DNA of 64,000 nucleotides from Escherichia phage LF82-41, in the sequence record PV660463; one strand, 5' to 3'. The translations under genes were made by a program, and so were the position numbers. A model generated the notes under the pieces. It did not search any database. It was not told the origin of the DNA and saw only the letters and a list, made by a program, of their open reading frames with translations. Shown in pieces: positions 19,519-29,283 of this stretch (the stretch's first letter is position 1; every line of letters begins with the position of its first letter).

Positions 19519-19520
19519 AA

Positions 19521-19736
19521 TTAAGCCTTTTTATCAAGAACAGAATTCAGTTTATTAGTAATTTTGTCCAAACGTTCATTGAATTCGCTGGAGGATAAAC
19601 CCTTTTCTGGAGAAATTAAACTAATCACGAAAAATACACCAGTAAAAGGAATAAGAAAAATAGCTCCAACTGCCATAAACAAAAAGAACGTTACAGTTGT
19701 AAGAAAATCAGCTAAACCTTTACGAAATTTGTACAT
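19521..19736 (-). CDS. small membrane protein (71 aa)
   Basis: ORF with long hydrophobic segment FLFMAVGAIFLIPFTGVFFVISLI. Confidence 0.5.
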   Translation of the reverse strand: MYKFRKGLADFLTTVTFFLFMAVGAIFLIPFTGVFFVISLISPEKGLSSSEFNERLDKITNKLNSVLDKKA

Positions 19737-19846
19737 ATTTACCCTTAATTAACTAAGTATTGATAATCATTAAACTATATTGCGAATAAAATTCTGGACC
19801 AAAACGAAAAATCATATCATTTATAGTATCCATAATGTAATTCAAT

Positions 19847-20317
19847 TTAATCATGTTTCCACACCCCATCGGTATTTGACCAAAGCCGCTGATTATCTGA
19901 TCCTCGCCACAGCTTTTTAGTCGGAAGATTTTTCTCATACTTCCCATCAATAATAACATCAACATATTTAAGCATTTCTAGTTGTTTAATATCTTCAAAC
20001 TTATATCCTGTCCACAACCAAATGCTTTTATTGGGATAAAGATTTTTTACTGTTTGAGCAATGCAATGAATAACAACTCGGTTATCAGGATAGAGAGGGT
20101 CACCTCCGGTTATAGTTAATCCTTCTATATAATCATTATTCAAATATTCAATTAATTGTTCTAGTGTTTCACCAGTGAATGGAATACCATTTCTAGCATT
20201 CCATGTTGATTTATTATAACACCCTTCGCATTTATGCAAACAACCCGTAACGAAAAGAACGACCCTGCATCCCGGGCCATTCACAAAATCGCAAGGATAA
20301 AATCTATCATAATTCAT
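19847..20317 (-). CDS. nrdG: anaerobic ribonucleotide reductase activating protein (radical SAM)
   Basis: 156 aa; CxxxCxxC-type cluster (FVTGCLHKCEGCYN); directly downstream of nrdD. Confidence 0.9.
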   Translation of the reverse strand: MNYDRFYPCDFVNGPGCRVVLFVTGCLHKCEGCYNKSTWNARNGIPFTGETLEQLIEYLNNDYIEGLTITGGDPLYPDNRVVIHCIAQTVKNLYPNKSIWLWTGYKFEDIKQLEMLKYVDVIIDGKYEKNLPTKKLWRGSDNQRLWSNTDGVWKHD

Positions 20318-22131
20318 TGGTGTTTAACCCTATGCATGATTTCTTTATTTTTACCGAGATTAAATCCGCGTTCGTTCGGATTTCCTAAATAACCGCATGT
20401 TCTTCTTATGGTGTTCATCTTTTTAGGATCAGTTTCTCCGCAAACTGAACAAACAAATCCGTTTTCAGTAGGAGTCATTTCATGGGTACTTCCACATGTA
20501 AAACATTTATCCACTGGCATATTAACACCAAAATAATCTAAATGTTGTGCAGCATAATCCCAGACGGCCTCAAGTCCCTTTAAATTGTTTTTCATATCTG
20601 GAAGTTCAACATAAGAAATGTGACCACCTGTCGCAATGAAATGATATGGCGCTTCACGAGAAATCTTTTCAAACGGAGTAATATTTTCTTCTACTGAAAC
20701 GTGGAAACTGTTAGTGTACCAGCCTTTATCGGTAACATCTTTTACACTTCCATATTTTTCTGTATCGAGTTTACAGAAGCGATAACAAAGGTTTTCAGCA
20801 GGAGTAGAATACAAACTAAAAGCAAAACCAGTTCTTTCAGTCCACTGTTTAAGATGAGCATTCATTTTAGTTAAAATTTCTTGTCCAATATCACGACCAA
20901 CAAGAATATTCAATTCATGAATACCGATGTATCCTAAAGACACTGAACTTCTACCGTTTTTAAATAACTCAATTATATCGTCATCAGGTTTAAGACGAAC
21001 CCCGAATGCACCTTCTTGGTAAAGAATAGGAGCAACAGTCGCTTTAACTCCTTTTAAGGAACTAATTCTACATATCAAAGCTTCAAAACATAAATCCATT
21101 CGTTCATTGAATAATTCAACAAATTTCTGTTCATTGAACTGTGTTCCAATATAAGAATCTAATGCGATGCGAGGAAGATTCAGTGTTACAACACCGAGAT
21201 TATTACGTCCATCAAGAATTTCATTACCAGTCGAATCTTTCCATACGCTCAAGAAACTACGGCAGCCCATTGGAGAAACCGGAACTGAAGAACCAGTAAT
21301 AGCTTTATTATTCTTAACCGAAATAATGTCAGGATACATTCTTTTGCTTGCACATTCTAACGCAAGTTGTTTAATATCATAGTTCGGATCATCTTTATAA
21401 AGATTAACACCTTCTTCAACAAACATAACAAGTTTAGGAAAAATAGGAGTTATCCCATCACGACCAAGACCTTTAATGCGGTTTTTAAGAATTGCCTTCT
21501 GAATCATTCGTTCAGTCCAATCGGTTCCCGTACCAAATGTAATTGTTACAAAAGGCGTTTGTCCGTTTGAACTAAAGAGAGTATTTACTTCATATTCATA
21601 AGCTTGGAATGCATCGTATACGTCTTTTTCTGTTTTAGATTGAGCATAATTCAACGCATCAGCTATTTGCCATTTTTCTGCATCCTCAATATGTTTTGCA
21701 TAGGTGCGTTTAACATAAGGAGAAAGTACTTTATCTACATTAGCAAAAGTCGTTCCGCCGTATTGATGTGAAGCAACCTGTGCAGTAATTTGTGCCATAA
21801 TTGCAGTAGCAACACCAATCGATTTAGGCGTTTCAATTTGAGCATTGCCTAATTTAAATCCATTCTCAAGCATCCCCTTTAAATCGACTAAACAGCAATT
21901 AGTAAATGGAAGAGCAGGAGAATAATCAATATCATGCATATGAATGATTCCGCTTTCATGCGCATTCATAATAAAAGACGGGACCATATTTTTGGCAATG
22001 TGCTTAGACACAATACCAGCCATAAGGTCCCGTTGAGTTGGAAAAACACGAGAATCTTTATTAGCATTCTCGTTTAAAAGGTCTTTATTAGTTTTATGAA
22101 TTAATCCTTCAATTTCTTTTTCAATTTTCAT
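20314..22131 (-). CDS. nrdD: anaerobic ribonucleoside-triphosphate reductase, intron-less
   Basis: 605 aa; C-terminal CxxC...CxxC zinc site and glycyl-radical region; continuous ORF. Confidence 0.95.
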   Translation of the reverse strand: MKIEKEIEGLIHKTNKDLLNENANKDSRVFPTQRDLMAGIVSKHIAKNMVPSFIMNAHESGIIHMHDIDYSPALPFTNCCLVDLKGMLENGFKLGNAQIETPKSIGVATAIMAQITAQVASHQYGGTTFANVDKVLSPYVKRTYAKHIEDAEKWQIADALNYAQSKTEKDVYDAFQAYEYEVNTLFSSNGQTPFVTITFGTGTDWTERMIQKAILKNRIKGLGRDGITPIFPKLVMFVEEGVNLYKDDPNYDIKQLALECASKRMYPDIISVKNNKAITGSSVPVSPMGCRSFLSVWKDSTGNEILDGRNNLGVVTLNLPRIALDSYIGTQFNEQKFVELFNERMDLCFEALICRISSLKGVKATVAPILYQEGAFGVRLKPDDDIIELFKNGRSSVSLGYIGIHELNILVGRDIGQEILTKMNAHLKQWTERTGFAFSLYSTPAENLCYRFCKLDTEKYGSVKDVTDKGWYTNSFHVSVEENITPFEKISREAPYHFIATGGHISYVELPDMKNNLKGLEAVWDYAAQHLDYFGVNMPVDKCFTCGSTHEMTPTENGFVCSVCGETDPKKMNTIRRTCGYLGNPNERGFNLGKNKEIMHRVKHQ

Positions 22132-22601
22132 TTTAAACTCTTTCTAAGCTGCTTTTTGAATGAAGCTATTAATTGTGTTTTAGTATCAGATTCATTATAT
22201 TCAAATCCTCTTTGAAGCATCTCGGTCATCATTTCCTCTTTACCTAGTCTTGAGAACTCTTTAGTTTTGTCTGGAACAAAATTAGGATGGATATTATTAT
22301 CAGAATAATCTTGTTTCAAATAAGCAAGAAGAGCTTCAAGCCATTCGAGGTAATCAACGTTTTGACCTTTAAGACCAGAACGGTTGAACTTATGCTTCAT
22401 TTGACCTTCTGCTGCATTGCACAGGTTACATAGTAAACCACGAACCTTACCAGCTTTTGGCCCGTTTAATTCATGGTCGTGGTCAAGATGGTTACCTTGA
22501 ACATCAGGGTCTAATTCACGGTGGCAAATAGGACACTTACCGTTCTGTGCATCATAAAATTTTTGTTTTTCTTCTTTGTATAATTTGCCAGATAATAACA
22601 T
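22128..22601 (-). CDS. 49: endonuclease VII (Holliday junction resolvase)
   Basis: 157 aa, MLLSGKLYKEEKQKFYDAQNGKCPICHRELDPDVQGNHLDHDHELNGPKAGKVRGLLCNLCN matches T4 gp49. Confidence 0.95.
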   Translation of the reverse strand: MLLSGKLYKEEKQKFYDAQNGKCPICHRELDPDVQGNHLDHDHELNGPKAGKVRGLLCNLCNAAEGQMKHKFNRSGLKGQNVDYLEWLEALLAYLKQDYSDNNIHPNFVPDKTKEFSRLGKEEMMTEMLQRGFEYNESDTKTQLIASFKKQLRKSLK

Positions 22602-22631
22602 AATAAACCCTTACCTTAAATAGATAAGGGT

Positions 22632-22639
22632 ATTTATAA
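22632..22639 (-). promoter_or_regulatory. late promoter candidate (TATAAATA on minus strand) upstream of gene 49
   Basis: exact T4 late-promoter octamer about 30 nt upstream of gene 49 start. Confidence 0.5.
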
Positions 22640-22640
22640 T

Positions 22641-22820
22641 TTAGTAAACGTTATAAAAGCCTCGATGGAAACGCTTATACTGACGAATCATTCTTTTAGT
22701 AGGACGAGTTTCTGAAATAATTGAAGTCCTCATATTTGGATTGTTTGGGGCCCCAATCATAATAAATTTCCAAGATTTTTGCCCATTTTTTCTTTCACCA
22801 TAAAATAGTTCAGTTTTCAT
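22641..22820 (-). CDS. small basic protein (59 aa), paralog of 23245..23442; not in ORF track
   Basis: MKTELFYGERKNGQKSW...SETRPTKRMIRQYKRFHRGFYNVY; shares KNG..W..PN..RPTKR..R..KR.HR.FY..Y with the upstream paralog. Confidence 0.5.
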   Translation of the reverse strand: MKTELFYGERKNGQKSWKFIMIGAPNNPNMRTSIISETRPTKRMIRQYKRFHRGFYNVY

Positions 22821-22829
22821 AATAAACCT

Positions 22830-23243
22830 TTAACTTAAACGTCTTTCTAAGTATTCAATGTATTCCGCTGCGGCTTGCATCAGATTACCTTCATAACCGT
22901 CATTATTTTCTTGACCAGCTAATTTAGCTAAAGCATAAGAAATACGTTCACCTTCGAATTCGCCAAGTCCACCATCACAAACTACTTGGTCAATTTCTTC
23001 GAGTTCATCTATTGAATGGGATTCCCAGAAGCACCAAAGAGAAGTATCACGGTCATAGATGCAAAGTTTCTCACCTGTGTTCAACATCACTTCGATAATG
23101 CCATGGTCGCCATAACCATCTTCGGTAGTAGTACCAATTACCTTGAGGATTGTTCCTTTCTTTAATTCAGGAAACTTGACTTGTAGTTCTTCGTCTTCTT
23201 TAACAATCTTGAACCATTTACCGCGAGTTTCAGAAATATTCAT
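22830..23243 (-). CDS. hypothetical acidic protein (138 aa from internal Met)
   Basis: ORF 22830..23381; start set at MNISETRGKWF (ATG 23243) abutting stop of upstream gene. Confidence 0.55.
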   Translation of the reverse strand: MNISETRGKWFKIVKEDEELQVKFPELKKGTILKVIGTTTEDGYGDHGIIEVMLNTGEKLCIYDRDTSLWCFWESHSIDELEEIDQVVCDGGLGEFEGERISYALAKLAGQENNDGYEGNLMQAAAEYIEYLERRLS

Positions 23244-23244
23244 A

Positions 23245-23442
23245 TCAATATTCTCTATAAAAGTTACGATGAGAACGTTTAGCTTTGCGAAGCTGACGTT
23301 TAGTAGGACGAACTGTAAATGGTTGTCCAGAGAAAAAATTCGGATCGGTTTTAATAAGCAAATACCAATCATGCTTGCCATTTTTTAATAAACGGTACAA
23401 TAATTTAACTTGCATAATAATCTCTTCCCATTTCCATATCAA
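23245..23442 (-). CDS. small basic protein (65 aa), paralog of 22641..22820
   Basis: C-terminus FTVRPTKRQLRKAKRSHRNFYREY. Confidence 0.5.
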   Translation of the reverse strand: MIWKWEEIIMQVKLLYRLLKNGKHDWYLLIKTDPNFFSGQPFTVRPTKRQLRKAKRSHRNFYREY

Positions 23443-23543
23443 TTAATTCATTTATTGAAGGTTCATCATAACATGGTTCTTCGTCGTTGTAAACCGTTTC
23501 GACGTCTGGCTCGACAGTCTCCCATCGAGCAGAATACCACAGT

Positions 23544-23900
23544 TTAACCCCGGAGTTTATTGAGCTCTTCATAATCAATCCAGGATTCTAGCCCTGACGG
23601 CAGGTCACATTCAATGTTCCACAGAAGCTCTTCAATGGCTTGCAGGCGATTATATTCTTCAACAGTAATAGTAACCATTGGTGCAACCGGTTCTGCCTTT
23701 TTAACAATCATATCGTTCATCAGGATGTAAAGGTCATCACGAACGACAGTGTCGTTCCATCCCCATGATTTGGCTTCGTAAGCTAATGTTGAAGGTAGCA
23801 CATTTAAAACTTCAATAATAGTTGGAGCATCAGGACCAAGTTCATTGGCACAAACTTCGTATACATCCTGGAAATCTTTAAGATTTAATGAATATGTCAT
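23544..23900 (-). CDS. hypothetical protein (118 aa)
   Basis: ORF. Confidence 0.55.
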   Translation of the reverse strand: MTYSLNLKDFQDVYEVCANELGPDAPTIIEVLNVLPSTLAYEAKSWGWNDTVVRDDLYILMNDMIVKKAEPVAPMVTITVEEYNRLQAIEELLWNIECDLPSGLESWIDYEELNKLRG

Positions 23901-23918
23901 TTAAAATTTTCTCGCAGG

Positions 23919-24215
23919 TTATTGTTCTACCCATGAACAAGAGACTTCAAAATCAGGACCACCGTATTCCCAGTGATATTCACCAACAGGAATCCAGTCA
24001 CCGTGCTCGTTTTCTTCATAGTCCTCAGGCTCAAGGCCAACGAATCGCCATTGGACACCAATGATTCGATTACCCATCATTACTCGAAATTCGCCCCATG
24101 GATTATCGATAGCATACTGAATATCGTTCTTGGCACGAGAGCACATTTCTTGATATAATAAAGCTTCTAATTCACCCTGGTCATAAGGGCCAGGGAAAGT
24201 TAAATCAATACTCAT
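23919..24215 (-). CDS. hypothetical protein (98 aa)
   Basis: ORF. Confidence 0.55.
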   Translation of the reverse strand: MSIDLTFPGPYDQGELEALLYQEMCSRAKNDIQYAIDNPWGEFRVMMGNRIIGVQWRFVGLEPEDYEENEHGDWIPVGEYHWEYGGPDFEVSCSWVEQ

Positions 24216-24475
24216 TTAAAATATTCTCGTAGTTGGTCAAATCCACCAATGTGACTTCCGTCAGGAGCAAACACTTGAGGCATAGTCAATCCAACTTGTG
24301 ATTCACGTCCAAGCTTAACCAGAAGCTCAGCAATTTTCTCATCGTCGAACACACCTTTTTCCGGCATAACATTAATGAATTCGAATGGCTGTTTCTTAAC
24401 AGTCAGCAATCGTTTCGCATTATCACAATAAATGCATTTATGAATAGTAGAGTCATACCCGTACACTTTAAACAT
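24212..24475 (-). CDS. nrdC: glutaredoxin/thioredoxin
   Basis: MFKVYGYDSTIHKCIYCDNAKRLL... matches T4 NrdC; start at internal Met of ORF. Confidence 0.9.
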   Translation of the reverse strand: MFKVYGYDSTIHKCIYCDNAKRLLTVKKQPFEFINVMPEKGVFDDEKIAELLVKLGRESQVGLTMPQVFAPDGSHIGGFDQLREYFK

Positions 24476-24881
24476 TATTTTTCCTTTCATCGATTAAATA
24501 TGCAATGCCAAATACAATACATGTAATAAAACCTGTGATACAGATAGAAACCAACAACACTGTACCAAAGAACCAAATCAAGTTATCTTTAGTAGTTTGT
24601 TTGATATCCATCTCACGAATTTCTATAGCTATCGTATCACCTTTATTCAGAAGCGTATAAAACGATGGCGATACACGTCTGTCAAAAACTCGTCCTTGCT
24701 CATCTTTATAGACTGCAATAAATTCTAATTTAGAATATTTTCCTGTAGATTGGCCTGAGATTAATTCCACTACCTCCACAGGAATTACTTTAGTTTCCAT
24801 GTAAGTATTCTGGCTGTTCCAAATGAATGGAATAATAGCAAAAACTAAAGCTGTGATAAAACAACGAAGGCTATATCTCAT
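24468..24881 (-). CDS. membrane protein (2 predicted TM segments)
   Basis: 137 aa; hydrophobic N- and C-terminal segments. Confidence 0.55.
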   Translation of the reverse strand: MRYSLRCFITALVFAIIPFIWNSQNTYMETKVIPVEVVELISGQSTGKYSKLEFIAVYKDEQGRVFDRRVSPSFYTLLNKGDTIAIEIREMDIKQTTKDNLIWFFGTVLLVSICITGFITCIVFGIAYLIDERKNNV

Positions 24882-25186
24882 TATAATGTTCTCTCAAAAT
24901 TGTGGAAGCATTTACGGCATTTCAATTTCAAGTTATCAGTGGTCCAGTTAACCAGTTGGACTTGGATAGTTCCACATTCCGGACATGGGTGTTTTGCTGC
25001 CGATTTGGCAGCATTTTCACGTCGTTCAACCATTTTCATGATTTCGTTCCATGCCGGAGGAACGAACTCTTCTTCATCGTAGATATTATCTCGCTGAACA
25101 AATTCAATCTTTGAACTATCATCAATAAACTTAACTAAGCCATGATTAGTGCTCATATCAATATCCTCTAGAAGACGTAGTTTCAT
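24881..25186 (-). CDS. zinc-ribbon protein (CPECG...CRKC)
   Basis: 101 aa ORF; C-terminal four-Cys motif; exact start uncertain. Confidence 0.5.
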   Translation of the reverse strand: MKLRLLEDIDMSTNHGLVKFIDDSSKIEFVQRDNIYDEEEFVPPAWNEIMKMVERRENAAKSAAKHPCPECGTIQVQLVNWTTDNLKLKCRKCFHNFERTL

Positions 25187-26136
25187 TATAAAACCTCAAT
25201 GGCATTTCGTAAACCGTCCGCTTTCGCATTCAGAGCTTTTAACGATTTAGTTTGTTCTGCAATCTGGGCTTCGACTTCTTTCAGACGAGATTTGAGGTAC
25301 TCGCGTTCTTCAGCCATGATATCAACCTTTTCTGCTTTAGGTTCTTTAATAGTCTTAAGTTTATACTCGTTAGGGTTCTTCAGCTTAATTCGGGTGCGAG
25401 AACTGTATAACATTGAACCGTTATCTTCGGATTCGTCGAACGTTTCAACAACATCCATAGTCTCTAACAATGTAATAAGTTTATAAGACAATGAACGAAC
25501 GGTTTTGTTATGCTTATTAATTTCTTCAGCTTTCATGGTACCGAGATTACGTGAGTAGTAATAAGGAACCTGGATATCAATTGATAATGATGCGTTACCA
25601 TTACCAGTCGGTTTGAATACTGCAGTAACCCAATCTTTAACATGAACTTTATTTGTACGACCATCACCGCCCGTGAATAATTTACGAGAATGTTTAAAAA
25701 GCATATTCACTTGGTTATTGAATTCACAAGCAAATTTATCAGCAAATTTAGTTTCAGGAATGGTAGATAACCAATCAGCCAAATGAGTCTTTTTAACATC
25801 ATTAACAATAGTGAATTCAACCAAATCAGTTTTAGATGTCACAGATTTAATAAAGCTAGGCTTCATAAAGTTTTTAATGTTATCGCGAGCTACAGTAGAA
25901 GATAATAAACGAGAACGTTTGAACCATTGAAGCAGTGTCCCTAATGAATGAGAATACGCATTCTGAGTATCTTTACAAATATGATTTTCTTGGCCTGTGT
26001 ATGTACCAAAATCGCGAAGAATACCACTTACTACATCTCGGTGTGGAACATCAAATCCTAGTGCACCAACAGCGCGCTGGGCATGAACGTTAGCGATAAG
26101 ACCGGCAAAGTATTCAATGTAATGTGAACGTGTCAT
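25186..26136 (-). CDS. hypothetical protein with C-terminal coiled coil (316 aa)
   Basis: ORF preceded by repeated promoter cassette; no recognisable catalytic motif. Confidence 0.7.
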   Translation of the reverse strand: MTRSHYIEYFAGLIANVHAQRAVGALGFDVPHRDVVSGILRDFGTYTGQENHICKDTQNAYSHSLGTLLQWFKRSRLLSSTVARDNIKNFMKPSFIKSVTSKTDLVEFTIVNDVKKTHLADWLSTIPETKFADKFACEFNNQVNMLFKHSRKLFTGGDGRTNKVHVKDWVTAVFKPTGNGNASLSIDIQVPYYYSRNLGTMKAEEINKHNKTVRSLSYKLITLLETMDVVETFDESEDNGSMLYSSRTRIKLKNPNEYKLKTIKEPKAEKVDIMAEEREYLKSRLKEVEAQIAEQTKSLKALNAKADGLRNAIEVL

Positions 26137-26162
26137 AATATTTTCCTCTCGTTAAGATAGAT

Positions 26163-26195
26163 TCATTATACTCCAACCATCCTTGGTTGTAAACT
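26163..26195 (-). promoter_or_regulatory. early promoter cassette (TTTACA-17-TATAAT) with palindromic spacer; core repeated at 27182..27214
   Basis: minus strand cagTTTACAaccaaggatggttggagTATAATgaa; 27-nt core identical to next copy. Confidence 0.6.
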
Positions 26196-26198
26196 GAT

Positions 26199-27158
26199 TT
26201 ATGATTTTAATGCATTCATTGCGTTAAAAAGTTTAGAGTACTGCAACTGGAGATTCGTTACAACACTTTGAGCATCACGAAGCTTAGCTTGTGCTTTGTC
26301 AAGTTCAACGGACAGTTGGTCTACAGTAGCCTTGATTTGATTGTAATGGTAATCTTCGACCGGAAGAAGGTCATTAGAAACATTTAGTTTTACTGCAGAC
26401 AGTTTGCACACATTTGGCAAACCTTTAAACATTGATTTTCCCGAAGTAGAATATGAACCTAGAACTTCAGCATTACCAATCGGGGTTGCAGTAATTGACG
26501 CTTCAAATGTTGCATTTTCCTTTTTAAGATTTTGATAGTATTCAGAGTCTTTGTGCCACCACGGCGCAGGAACCTTTTTACCAATAGATACACGAGCCTG
26601 GATAGCGATATGGCCCTTATTCTTGATAGGGTAGATAATATTAAGCTCACGAGAATAAATTGCTTTAATCTGGTGGATATTATCACCTAAAACTTCCAAC
26701 GCTTGGTGGAATACACGAGCAACGTTATCATTCTTAGGTTTATACGTAAGAGTGAACTCGTTCTCACTGATAACCATGATTTCTAACTTATCGTAAGTAT
26801 ATTTCAAATGTTTCATGTTAATTGCTTGAGGACGAATACGAGAAGCAATGGCCATCAGATTGTTAAGGTTATTCCGGAACTGCTTAGCGAAATATTGACC
26901 TTCACCGCCAATACAAAAATTACGAAGTTTCTGTTTGGCCAATAAACGGCTGAACTCACCATTTTTAATGAACTCTTTAACGGGTGTGTTAGTAACGCAT
27001 TCAAATTGGGTAAACATACGAGAAGTAATCCCATAATATGAACAGATTTCCTCAATCTCTTCAGGAGTCTTTACAGGCATACGGATAGGATTAGGTCCTG
27101 GAGTGTATGCGTTCGAGGTAAATTCTTTGATAAGTTCTCTACGTGTAATAAAAGCCAT
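26199..27158 (-). CDS. hypothetical protein with C-terminal coiled coil (319 aa)
   Basis: ORF; same size and architecture as neighbours. Confidence 0.7.
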   Translation of the reverse strand: MAFITRRELIKEFTSNAYTPGPNPIRMPVKTPEEIEEICSYYGITSRMFTQFECVTNTPVKEFIKNGEFSRLLAKQKLRNFCIGGEGQYFAKQFRNNLNNLMAIASRIRPQAINMKHLKYTYDKLEIMVISENEFTLTYKPKNDNVARVFHQALEVLGDNIHQIKAIYSRELNIIYPIKNKGHIAIQARVSIGKKVPAPWWHKDSEYYQNLKKENATFEASITATPIGNAEVLGSYSTSGKSMFKGLPNVCKLSAVKLNVSNDLLPVEDYHYNQIKATVDQLSVELDKAQAKLRDAQSVVTNLQLQYSKLFNAMNALKS

Positions 27159-27181
27159 TTTATATTCCTCATGTTGAAAAA

Positions 27182-27214
27182 TTTATTATACTCCAACCAT
27201 CCTTGGTTGTACAT
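27182..27214 (-). promoter_or_regulatory. early promoter cassette (TGTACA-17-TATAAT), repeat of 26163..26195
   Basis: attatactccaaccatccttggttgta core identical. Confidence 0.6.
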
Positions 27215-28209
27215 CATTCCTTAAGAAGTTTTACTACTTGAATAAGATTAGCTCGTTCTGTTTTATTTTTACCGTTTAAGCCTGCTAATCGTGAGATTTC
27301 ATCGTCAGTCTGTTGAATAGTTACATTAAGTTCGTTAATCAAAGCTTCAAAGTATTTGATTTGCTCAGCATGTTTTGATTCAAATTTCTGAACAGGAATA
27401 ACATCTTGGTTCAGTTCATCAATAAGGTCTTTAAGAGCATCTTCTTGGTTGATATCATATTCAACTTCTTTTATTTCTTCAAAGAGCTCGTCTTTATATC
27501 TAACGTCTTTTAGTCCTGGAGCTGGTCCTGAAATCTCTTCTTTAAGAGTACAAACATACCCAATACGGTATCCAATGCAGTCTCGCTTGATATCAACTTC
27601 GTCGATAAATCCACAATGTTTAAGACCAGAGCCGATTATGTCAAAATATCCTTGACGTCGTCCTTCAAACGTTACACGAACTACTAAGACAGTTTTACCA
27701 CCAACCTTTTGAAGCTCACATTTATAAAAGTCTGTTGAACCTGAATAACGTGGATGAGTTTTAAAGTTCATCTGACGATCTAGGCCCATTTGTAAACGTG
27801 CTGTTACGGCCATAAAACGTGTTTGGTTCTCGTTAAGATGAGCAACAATCCATTTCAAAGGCATTTTACACTGTTCACGACCGAACAAATCAGTACGTCC
27901 TAGATTACGCAGGATGTTGTTAGAGTTAATCATCGACAGAACGTTAAGTTTATTCAGCGCGCTGAAGATTCCGTCAGCCATTGATTTCCCATAACCTTTA
28001 CACGCTTTAATAAGTGCTCGCGGCAGATTAGTATAGATTTCAGACGGCATATGAAAATCAAATTTACTAGTCAGTAATTGATGAACTTGGATAGCAATTT
28101 GCTCATAATTAAGTGCTCTGCGATCGTTATGGTCTTTAAACCACACTTTAATCTGTGAAGCACATAAACCGTTAATTTCATGTTTTACCGCATCAGATGT
28201 AATGCTCAT
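27214..28209 (-). CDS. hypothetical protein with C-terminal coiled coil (331 aa)
   Basis: ORF. Confidence 0.7.
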   Translation of the reverse strand: MSITSDAVKHEINGLCASQIKVWFKDHNDRRALNYEQIAIQVHQLLTSKFDFHMPSEIYTNLPRALIKACKGYGKSMADGIFSALNKLNVLSMINSNNILRNLGRTDLFGREQCKMPLKWIVAHLNENQTRFMAVTARLQMGLDRQMNFKTHPRYSGSTDFYKCELQKVGGKTVLVVRVTFEGRRQGYFDIIGSGLKHCGFIDEVDIKRDCIGYRIGYVCTLKEEISGPAPGLKDVRYKDELFEEIKEVEYDINQEDALKDLIDELNQDVIPVQKFESKHAEQIKYFEALINELNVTIQQTDDEISRLAGLNGKNKTERANLIQVVKLLKE

Positions 28210-28271
28210 AACTATTTCCTCAGATTGAATTGGAACTCAAAACCATTATAACCCGTCCTTGGGTAAAGCGT

Positions 28272-28799
28272 TTATGCGTGAACCGTCTTTAAACGTTCTT
28301 CAAATTTCCGAAGAGTACTAATACGTTCTGCTTTCTGTTTTGTATAGTTTGCAATACGTTCTGAAGTGAGAGCGTATCGTTCGTTTACTGTTTCTTTCAT
28401 GAAGTCAGGGATTTCACGAGAAGCTTTAATTTCATCAAACTTATCGAGTACTGCCTGGTCTTCAGCGATTAAATTTTCATACATCTCGATATCTTTCTTG
28501 ATAAACTCGATATCTTCCTGAGTTACTTTGGATAAACGAGATGCTTTATCCTTTTTGTACTGCTCGTTAGTTTCACGAGACCAGAATAATGTACGTTTTT
28601 TGTTAGTGTTTTTGTAGACTTCCACAATTCCAACTGAATCGATGATAACAATCCAATTCCAGCGAGATTTGAAAATCTGACCTCCATCCACAGTAATCTC
28701 GTTACCATAAGCAACGTCATTAAAGAACTTGCTCTGTGCTTCAGATTTAAATTTACCGTCGTTATAATTTACCAGGTTGAAAATATCTTTAGCGTTCAT
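28272..28799 (-). CDS. hypothetical protein (175 aa)
   Basis: ORF. Confidence 0.65.
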   Translation of the reverse strand: MNAKDIFNLVNYNDGKFKSEAQSKFFNDVAYGNEITVDGGQIFKSRWNWIVIIDSVGIVEVYKNTNKKRTLFWSRETNEQYKKDKASRLSKVTQEDIEFIKKDIEMYENLIAEDQAVLDKFDEIKASREIPDFMKETVNERYALTSERIANYTKQKAERISTLRKFEERLKTVHA

Positions 28800-28810
28800 G
28801 TTTTACCTCC

Positions 28811-28858
28811 AGTAGTTGATAGGTCTATAATAACATAACCATAGACCTTGTAAACAAC
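28811..28858 (-). promoter_or_regulatory. early-promoter/stem-loop cassette (PeSL-like)
   Basis: GTTTACA -35 on minus strand; palindrome aggtctat..atagacct. Confidence 0.5.
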
Positions 28859-29145
28859 TAAAAGAAACTTTTTTCGGTATTTTTTCCACTGAACCAAACA
28901 GACTTCGGGATTTTTTGTAATTTTTCAGATTTAAGTTTCTCTTCATGTTCTTTCTTATATACACTCTTGTCGTACTGGAGCATCTCTATGGCATTCTTTT
29001 GCAAATGATCTAAGGTAATTAAGGCTTTAGTTTTTCCTTTCAAGGAAGAGTCCTGGCGAACCTCCTCGCTATATTGCATTGTAGAACTAACCATACGATG
29101 TGCATAGAGTTCGACTGCGGCTTTAATTTTTTGCATAAAATCCAT
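28858..29145 (-). CDS. hypothetical protein (95 aa)
   Basis: ORF. Confidence 0.5.
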   Translation of the reverse strand: MDFMQKIKAAVELYAHRMVSSTMQYSEEVRQDSSLKGKTKALITLDHLQKNAIEMLQYDKSVYKKEHEEKLKSEKLQKIPKSVWFSGKNTEKSFF

Positions 29146-29283
29146 AACATATCCTCTTTGATTTGTACATCATTATTTTTAAATATTTCTATGCCCTCAG
29201 TAGGTTCCTGGTGTCCTTCTTTGAGGTAAGCCATATGATTATTCATCTTTATGGCTTTTGTTACCTCAGAACTTCCTATAAGC

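Noticed and set aside
19753-19965. ORF 19753..19965 (70 aa)
   Set aside because: Overlaps the 3' part of nrdG by about 120 nt in another frame; the short non-overlapping part has no convincing start.
22830-23381. Long N-terminal extension of ORF 22830..23381 and the plus-strand ORF 23143..23388
   Set aside because: The extension overlaps the 65-aa paralog gene in another frame and is hydrophobic read-through; the internal Met at 23243 abuts the upstream stop codon.
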